This document shows, piece after piece, positions 26,039 to 32,021 of a stretch of DNA of 32,021 bases. The notes beneath the pieces are model-generated. The model saw nothing but the letters and a program-made list of their open reading frames with translations, ran no database searches and was not told where the DNA came from. Source of the stretch: Bacteroidota bacterium (GTDB taxonomy: Bacteria > Bacteroidota > Bacteroidia > Bacteroidales > UBA12077); the NCBI GenBank assembly GCA_051747085.1, contig JBNJFS010000004.1, positions 1 through 32,021 of the forward strand, given 5' to 3'. Made by a program: the position numbers and the translations under genes. Within the stretch, counting starts at the first letter, position 1. Each line of letters begins with the position of its first letter.

Positions 26039-27814
26039 TTAAAGTTGTACAATAAAAACTTTTCGCTCTTCTTCCCGAATCACTTCAACCGTAATAATTT
26101 GCCCGGGATTAAATTTATTGAGTCGCTCCATATATTCATAAATATCGCCCACAGGCATACCATCCATGGCTACAATAATATCTCCCGACTCTATCCCTGC
26201 TTTGTAGGCCGGTTTATCCTTAATTACCATATCGGCTCTTAATCCTCGTTTTTCTACTCCTGAAAAATCGGGCATAATCCCTAAGGTTACTTTCAGTTTT
26301 TGTCTGTTATAATCGCCATTAGGAACTTTAGGCCCAGCCTCCTGGAAAGTTAACTGTACATTATTGAACGACAGGTTATAAGCCAGGTCGTATATATACC
26401 GGGAGACCTCCACTAATCCTTCAAAATTAACGGCTCCTGTAGTATCGTTGGGTGTGTGATAATCGATATGAGCGCCGGTAGAATAAAAGAATACCGGAAT
26501 ATTCCGGCTATAAAATGAAGAGTGGTCGGAAGGACCGTACCCTTCACGGGACAATCCCAACATAAAACGATAATCTTTATTCAGTGATTGAATGATAGAG
26601 TCGGCTTCGACAGATGTTCCCACCCCGCCAATTTGCAAGCTGCGATCTTCTTTTAACCGGCCTACCATATCAATATTAATCATTGCCGTAATTAATGAGT
26701 CGGCAACAGGCAAGTGGTTCACAAAATGTTTTGATCCTAACAGTCCCATTTCTTCGGCTCCAAAAGCCACAAAGAGAAAATTGGTATTCAGGCTGTCATT
26801 TTGGGATGCCAGTTTTTGAGCAATCTCCAACATAGCAGCAACTCCTGAAGCATTATCATCTGCGCCGTTATGAACAGCTGTTGTGTCGGGCATTCTGGAG
26901 CCTGTTCCCTGCCCGCCAAAACCTAAATGATCATAATGGGCTCCAATAACAATATACCGGTTATTATTGCTGCATTTAAGTTGAGCGGCAACATTAAAGG
27001 TCCTTTTGGTTTGGGTCTGAACCTCGGTGGTTATTAAAACCTTTTGTTTGAGATAAAATGAATGGGATGATTTCATTTCATTCAGTGACTTTTCCAATGC
27101 TTTTATGGTTTGATTTTGTTTGGCCAACAGTTGGTCAGCGACTCTTCTTTTGATTTGAATGACCGGAATAGAAAGTTTACCCTCGGGTTTATTCAAATCA
27201 GGCAGTTCATCCTCTTTATCAAACTGAGGTCCCGATACAAATATCACACCTGCAGCCCCTCTGTCTTTGGCAGCAATGGCTTTCGATCGCAACCCGCTGT
27301 AGGAAGAATACCTTTCGTCAAGGTTATTTGGGGCACCCCGTAAGATTAAAGCAATTTTCCCCTGTACATCTACCTTATCATAATCATTCCACCCGAATTT
27401 GTCCTCCTCAATGGTTAGTCCATAACCAACAAATACGACTTCTGATTCTATTTCTGCCGATGCACTATAGGATAAAGGAGTAAGATCCTCGTTTAAATAA
27501 AATTCTTTTTGCTGAAAACGCAATACATTATTTTCCCCTGCTTCTATCTCCGATACTACTTCAAAAGCTTGCAATCCATTATTGAAAAGAAGCTCTACCC
27601 CTGATTGCTCCAGGATTTCAGCAATATATTCAGCGGCTGCTTTGTCTTCGGGTGTTCCGGGGTATCGTCCTTTCAGCGAATCGCCGGCTAAAAAATCAAT
27701 ATGCCTGAAAAGATCCTGACGGGTTATTTCGGGGTCCAATGCGATACGGTTACAAGAAAACATTCCGGACAGGATAAGAATAATCAGGGGATAAATCATT
27801 TGCTTTTTTATCAT
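26039..27814 (-). CDS. M28-family aminopeptidase lipoprotein with PA and C-terminal PDZ domains
   Basis: Lipobox MFSC. GAHYDHLG, GADDNASG, AEEMGLLGS, NIDMVG, SDHSSF, DYHTPND. PA domain VFVGYG...DVQGKI and PDZ LGIMPDF...PAYKAGI..GDII. Confidence 0.9.
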   Translation of the reverse strand: MIKKQMIYPLIILILSGMFSCNRIALDPEITRQDLFRHIDFLAGDSLKGRYPGTPEDKAAAEYIAEILEQSGVELLFNNGLQAFEVVSEIEAGENNVLRFQQKEFYLNEDLTPLSYSASAEIESEVVFVGYGLTIEEDKFGWNDYDKVDVQGKIALILRGAPNNLDERYSSYSGLRSKAIAAKDRGAAGVIFVSGPQFDKEDELPDLNKPEGKLSIPVIQIKRRVADQLLAKQNQTIKALEKSLNEMKSSHSFYLKQKVLITTEVQTQTKRTFNVAAQLKCSNNNRYIVIGAHYDHLGFGGQGTGSRMPDTTAVHNGADDNASGVAAMLEIAQKLASQNDSLNTNFLFVAFGAEEMGLLGSKHFVNHLPVADSLITAMINIDMVGRLKEDRSLQIGGVGTSVEADSIIQSLNKDYRFMLGLSREGYGPSDHSSFYSRNIPVFFYSTGAHIDYHTPNDTTGAVNFEGLVEVSRYIYDLAYNLSFNNVQLTFQEAGPKVPNGDYNRQKLKVTLGIMPDFSGVEKRGLRADMVIKDKPAYKAGIESGDIIVAMDGMPVGDIYEYMERLNKFNPGQIITVEVIREEERKVFIVQL

Positions 27815-27818
27815 AACA

Positions 27819-29558
27819 TTACCAGTTAAACGTTGTATAATAGGTTGCTACATTTCCTTTATTATCGATAACAAATAACTCCAACTCATGTGTTATATTT
27901 TTATCAATCCGCTCTTTGTCGAGGGAATAAAATAACAAATCATTTTTGGCATCATATTCAAATAACGCCCAGTTATTATCAATATACCCGTTGTAAGACT
28001 GAATGCCCGAAAGGTCATCTTTGATAAGAAACTTAAGCTGGTTATCGGGATGAATGGTTGTTCCGTTATAGACAACAGGTTCTATCACAGGAGCTACCGT
28101 ATCAATGAGAACGGTAAATTTCCCAAAAGAACGAATTTGTGTGGTTAAGAAATCTCCTTCGGGATCGCCCCCACAAAAAATCATTTTTTCTTTGTTTCCG
28201 TTTCCATTTTCTTTTACCTGGGCAATAAATGCTTTATCCGAAAGCTCTGCGGGAAGGTCTTCAACTTTAAGAGACAACTCCATATGCTTATGTAACGGAG
28301 TATACTTATGGTGTATATGATGTAAATTAGCATAGGCATTTTCCGGTTTTTTCCCGTAGTGATATTTAAAATAAATGGTATCGTAAAGTGCTTCGGGGGG
28401 GATGCTTAGTTTTACATCTTCTGTTTCAAAAATATTTTCTTCATCCCATTGCATAAGCTGTCCGCTTTTGGCATTTCTCAAATCCGGAAGAGGAAAATCT
28501 TCATATCCATTGATAGTAAATGACAGTGTAGATTCATTTCCATAAACATCTGAGGCAACCATTCGTATTTGATATTCTTTATTTTGGTCAACATGAAACA
28601 CTCCGCGATTTTCCAGGTGATTATAGATAGACAACTGATTATTAGGTTGAACAAACAGTTTCTGAATCGATTTTTTCGATCTTACCTTTTCGGCATAATC
28701 GATATGGCTTTTGATATAACCTGTTTCGGCAAAAGAAATTTTATCGATGGTATGGGAATATATCATTACAGAATCCACAAATAAACTTAAGGTATAAATT
28801 CCGCAGGGGTTATGGGAGTTATTAAGGTAATCGTTAATTTCCACGCCAAATCCCACAGTTCCTGAGACAACAATATCATGAGTATCTTTAAGGGTATAAT
28901 GATCATTCATCTTTTCCACCTCAAGATTAACGGGTTTAGCCGAATGGTTTACATAACCTGATTTACCCAGGGGATATATCGAAAGAGAATAAAAAACCGG
29001 AGGTATTTTATCGGTAATATTAAAATCAAAATACAAAGGATTTACCGGTACCTGACGATCTGTTTCCCTGATTTCAAAATGCAGATGAGGGCCGGTGGAA
29101 CTCCCGGTATTACCTGAAAGACCTATTAAATCACCTTTATTCACCTTCAGCTGATTTCTTTCCGGAAAAAAGTTAACCTCGAAGGACTGATTTTGATATT
29201 GCATTTCTTTAACCAGCTTCTCCAGTTTATTATTAAACTTACTTAAATGAGCGTAAACGGAGGTATATCCATTAGGATGTTCGATATATAGCGCTTTACC
29301 ATAACTGCCGGCCGAGATTCTAATCCGGGAGATAAAACCTTCCTCTATCGAAAACACCTTTTTCCCTTCTACCCCATTGGTTTTGATATCAATACCCGCA
29401 TGAAAATGAGAAGTTCGTAACTCCCCAAAATTCCCTGATAACAGAACAGGGATATTAACCGGCGAATAAAAATGAATATCATTATGCTCTAACTGACTAT
29501 AAACGAGATTACCAAGAACTAAGAAAGAAAAAAACAGGGCTACCTTTTTATATTGCAT
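27819..29558 (-). CDS. M23-family metallopeptidase with a long C-terminal extension
   Basis: Likely ATG at 29558 with a signal peptide. GNFGELR..HFHAGIDIK (HxxxD), YAHL, SGNTGSSTGPHLHFEIR (HxH). Confidence 0.9.
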   Translation of the reverse strand: MQYKKVALFFSFLVLGNLVYSQLEHNDIHFYSPVNIPVLLSGNFGELRTSHFHAGIDIKTNGVEGKKVFSIEEGFISRIRISAGSYGKALYIEHPNGYTSVYAHLSKFNNKLEKLVKEMQYQNQSFEVNFFPERNQLKVNKGDLIGLSGNTGSSTGPHLHFEIRETDRQVPVNPLYFDFNITDKIPPVFYSLSIYPLGKSGYVNHSAKPVNLEVEKMNDHYTLKDTHDIVVSGTVGFGVEINDYLNNSHNPCGIYTLSLFVDSVMIYSHTIDKISFAETGYIKSHIDYAEKVRSKKSIQKLFVQPNNQLSIYNHLENRGVFHVDQNKEYQIRMVASDVYGNESTLSFTINGYEDFPLPDLRNAKSGQLMQWDEENIFETEDVKLSIPPEALYDTIYFKYHYGKKPENAYANLHHIHHKYTPLHKHMELSLKVEDLPAELSDKAFIAQVKENGNGNKEKMIFCGGDPEGDFLTTQIRSFGKFTVLIDTVAPVIEPVVYNGTTIHPDNQLKFLIKDDLSGIQSYNGYIDNNWALFEYDAKNDLLFYSLDKERIDKNITHELELFVIDNKGNVATYYTTFNW

Positions 29559-29605
29559 TATTTTGTATAATTTTATAGAGATAAAATATTTGTTTTTGAG
29601 CACAA

Positions 29606-29613
29606 CAAAACTA
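29606..29613 (-). promoter_or_regulatory. -7 promoter element for the M23 operon
   Basis: Minus strand TAGTTTTG upstream of ATG 29558. Confidence 0.55.
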
Positions 29614-29676
29614 TAATTTAATTTGTTTTATTTTAAATTATAAGAATGAATATTTTTAAAATAGTTTAAGCTGTAT

Positions 29677-29684
29677 TATTTTTG
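29677..29684 (+). promoter_or_regulatory. -7 promoter element for zapB-like/zapA/6S/rny
   Basis: TATTTTTG, 22 nt upstream of ATG 29707. Confidence 0.6.
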
Positions 29685-29706
29685 CAATGCTTATTTGAAA
29701 ATAAAA

Positions 29707-30000
29707 ATGACTGTTGAACAAGGTGTAATATTAGATCATTTAAAAGAAAAGGTTAATAAGGTTTTCAAGCTTTACGAGCGTCTAAAAACCGAGAATGCAG
29801 CATTATTAAAACAAAAAAACGAACTTAAAAAAGAATTAAAAGATAAAGAATCAGAATTAGAATTTTTAAAAAACAAATACCATAAGTTAAAATTAGCAAA
29901 GAGTATTTTGGCATCAACAGGCGATAAGCATGATGCTAAAATTAAGATTAACAGAATTGTGCGGGAGATTGATAAGTGTATTGCTCTTTTGAATAAATAG
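29707..30000 (+). CDS. Coiled-coil protein upstream of zapA (ZapB-like)
   Basis: Heptad coiled coil with C-terminal AKIKINRIVREIDKCIALLN, in the position directly before zapA that is conserved in Bacteroidota. Confidence 0.8.
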   Translation: MTVEQGVILDHLKEKVNKVFKLYERLKTENAALLKQKNELKKELKDKESELEFLKNKYHKLKLAKSILASTGDKHDAKIKINRIVREIDKCIALLNK

Positions 30001-30015
30001 AATAATTTAATTATA

Positions 30016-30309
30016 ATGGACGAAAAATTATCCATAAGGGTAAATGTGGCTGACAGATATTATCCACTAAAAATAGATCGCAGGGATGAAGAGAAAATAA
30101 GGAAAGCGGCTAAAATGATTAATGAGAAAGTATTGCAATATAAACAGCGATACTCAGATAAAGATGTACAGGATTTTTTAGCCATGGCATCTCTTCAATA
30201 TGTGATTCAAATAATAGAAAACGATAATACTGCAGATACATCGTCTGTTTTAGAAGAAGTTAAAGCATTAGATAACCAATTAGAAGAATTTTTAAGAAGA
30301 GAATACTAA
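30016..30309 (+). CDS. zapA: Cell division protein ZapA
   Basis: IRVNVADRYYPLKI...EEKIRKAAK.IN......Y...D.QDFLAMA pattern, 97 aa. Confidence 0.92.
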   Translation: MDEKLSIRVNVADRYYPLKIDRRDEEKIRKAAKMINEKVLQYKQRYSDKDVQDFLAMASLQYVIQIIENDNTADTSSVLEEVKALDNQLEEFLRREY

Positions 30310-30335
30310 GCGTTCTTTACATATAAATAATAATA

Positions 30336-30527
30336 GCCCGCATTATTTCTTTAATGTCTGTAAAACTCAACACTTAAACGATTGGAGCCAAGCTTATTTG
30401 GTCAAGGGCAGGCCCCATTCCGACTTGTTCGGAATTCCTTCGGGAACAGGGGAAGGCCGACATCAAATAGCAGCTCCACCCATTTTATTCTGGGGTTTTA
30501 AAAAGAATTAGAGAAGTTAATGCGGGT
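30336..30527 (+). ncRNA. ssrS: 6S RNA (Bacteroidales-1 / 6S-Flavo-like)
   Basis: About 190 nt between zapA and rny. Closing stem GCCCGCATTA/TAATGCGGGT, AAAACTCA/TGGGGTTTT, a central bubble, GGAGC/GCTCC and GCTTATTTG/CAAATAGC, followed by a T-tract. Confidence 0.85.
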
Positions 30528-30557
30528 TTTTTATAAATTTTAAAAAAATTAATACAT

Positions 30558-32021
30558 ATGACAATTACAACAATATTAGGAGTGGTCTCTTTACCAATTA
30601 TTGCTACTATTGCTGCCGGCAGTGGTTTTATTATTGGAGGTGTGATCTCTTATTTTATCTGGGATAAGGCACTGAAAAATAAAAGCACAAAAATTATTAA
30701 AGAGGCAGAAACAGAGGCAGAGGTAATAAGAAAAGACAAAATCTTACAGGCCAAAGAAAAGTTCCTTCATTTAAAAAGCGAACATGAAAAAGAGATCAAC
30801 GAAAGGAACAATAAGATAATAGCTGCCGAGAATAAGTTTAAGCAGAAAGAAGTTGCGTTATCGCAAAAGATGGAAGAAAACCAGCGCAGAAAGAAAGAGC
30901 TGGATGCCATCCGCGAAAATCTACAGGTACAAATGGATTTGGTCGAAAAACGAAGCGAAGAGCTGGATCGAACGCATAAGCAGCAGGTAGAACAGTTGGA
31001 AGCTATCTCAGGTCTGTCGGCCGAAGAAGCCAAAGAGCAACTTACCGAATCGCTAAAGGCCGAAGCCAAGACCGAAGCCATGTCTCAAATCAATGAGATT
31101 ATGGAAGAAGCGAAAATGACGGCGAATAAAGAAGCCAAGCGTATTGTAGTACAAACCGTTCAACGGGTGGCTGCTGAAACAGCTATTGAGAATTCGGTTA
31201 CCGTTTTTAATATCGACAGCGATGAAATTAAAGGACGAATCATTGGTCGTGAAGGTAGAAATATAAGAGCCCTGGAAGCTGCTACAGGGGTTGAAATTAT
31301 TGTTGACGATACCCCCGAAGCGATTATTCTTTCGGCTTTTGATCCGGTACGCAGGGAGATTGCCCGACTGGCACTTCACCAACTGGTTACCGACGGGAGA
31401 ATTCATCCGGCAAGGATTGAAGAGATAGTACAGAAAACTCAAAAGCAAATTGAAGAAGAAATTATTGAAGTAGGAAAAAGAACAGCGATTGATCTGGGTG
31501 TTCACGGGTTACATCCCGAAATTATCCGGCTAATCGGTAAAATGAAATACCGTTCGTCGTACGGACAAAATCTGTTGCAACACTCGCGCGAGGTAGCCAA
31601 TCTATCGGCTATTATGGCTTCGGAGTTAGGATTGAATCCTAAATTGGCCAAACGTGCCGGATTGTTACACGATATTGGTAAAGTACCCGACGATGAGCCG
31701 GAATTGCCACATGCCATATTAGGAATGAAAATTGCCGAAAGGCTAAAAGAAAAACCCGAAGTGTGTAATGCCATTGGCGCTCATCACGACGAGGTTGAAA
31801 TGACATCACTTATATCACCTATTGTTCAGGTTTGCGATGCTATTTCCGGTGCACGACCGGGGGCACGCCGCGAAGTGGTTGAATCGTATATTAAACGATT
31901 GAAAGACTTAGAAGAGCTTGCTTTAGCACATCCGGGCGTAATGAAAACTTATGCGATACAAGCAGGAAGAGAATTACGTGTGATTGTTGGAAGCGAAAAA
32001 GTGAATGATACGGATGCTGAA
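30558..32021 (+). CDS. rny: Ribonuclease Y (3' truncated by window edge; absent from the ORF track)
   Basis: ATG at 30558 gives [15 protein letters not shown] (TM anchor), a coiled coil, KH domain ([19 protein letters not shown]...DDTPEAI...[10 protein letters not shown]) and HD domain ([10 protein letters not shown]...[10 protein letters not shown]). Confidence 0.97.
   Translation, partial: MTITTILGVVSLPIIATIAAGSGFIIGGVISYFIWDKALKNKSTKIIKEAETEAEVIRKDKILQAKEKFLHLKSEHEKEINERNNKIIAAENKFKQKEVALSQKMEENQRRKKELDAIRENLQVQMDLVEKRSEELDRTHKQQVEQLEAISGLSAEEAKEQLTESLKAEAKTEAMSQINEIMEEAKMTANKEAKRIVVQTVQRVAAETAIENSVTVFNIDSDEIKGRIIGREGRNIRALEAATGVEIIVDDTPEAIILSAFDPVRREIARLALHQLVTDGRIHPARIEEIVQKTQKQIEEEIIEVGKRTAIDLGVHGLHPEIIRLIGKMKYRSSYGQNLLQHSREVANLSAIMASELGLNPKLAKRAGLLHDIGKVPDDEPELPHAILGMKIAERLKEKPEVCNAIGAHHDEVEMTSLISPIVQVCDAISGARPGARREVVESYIKRLKDLEELALAHPGVMKTYAIQAGRELRVIVGSEKVNDTDAE

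Noticed and set aside
694-30035. The many other 60-111 aa ORFs nested in or antisense to long genes
   Set aside because: They overlap well-supported genes, carry no motifs and have compositions typical of off-frame or antisense translation.
30767-31774. Three minus-strand ORFs (104, 150 and 90 aa) in the ORF track
   Set aside because: They are antisense shadows of the plus-strand rny gene, which the track missed because it has no stop codon in the window.

Overview
A 32-kb, AT-rich chromosomal window, most likely from an anaerobic Bacteroidota/Bacteroidales organism. The evidence is TAnnTTTG -7 promoters, the xerD/aroQ-pyk layout and the zapA-6S-rny layout. Most of it is housekeeping, metabolic and envelope genes: ppdK, a CBM9/DUF5916-like outer-membrane protein, prfC, a DUF4168-like protein, a TlpA-like redoxin, VOC-ogt, a DUF418 protein, putP, xerD, aroQ, pyk, an ECF sigma/anti-sigma/DUF4097-like trio, a TonB-dependent receptor, a small acidic lipoprotein, a Yip1 protein, an M23-M28/PDZ-membrane protein operon, and zapB-like/zapA/6S RNA/rny. 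rny is truncated by the window edge and missing from the ORF track. I saw no CRISPR array, tRNA, rRNA or mobile element. The standout is the first 3.5 kb. There, accD-accA is followed by a gene fusing a pyruvate/oxaloacetate carboxyltransferase domain to a complete ACC-type AccB (N-terminal segment, thumb loop and EAMK). A terminator follows, and no biotin carboxylase or OadB/OadG gene lies in the window. This is a candidate ATP-independent oxaloacetate:acetyl-CoA transcarboxylase, or a shared PC/ACC complex. Other signals are a shared ECF-type promoter motif linking the sigma operon to the DUF5916 gene, a tRNA-Cys anticodon-arm-like insert inside a terminator, and an extended basic/aromatic leader on the TonB receptor. 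All family calls come from motif recognition by eye, not database searches.
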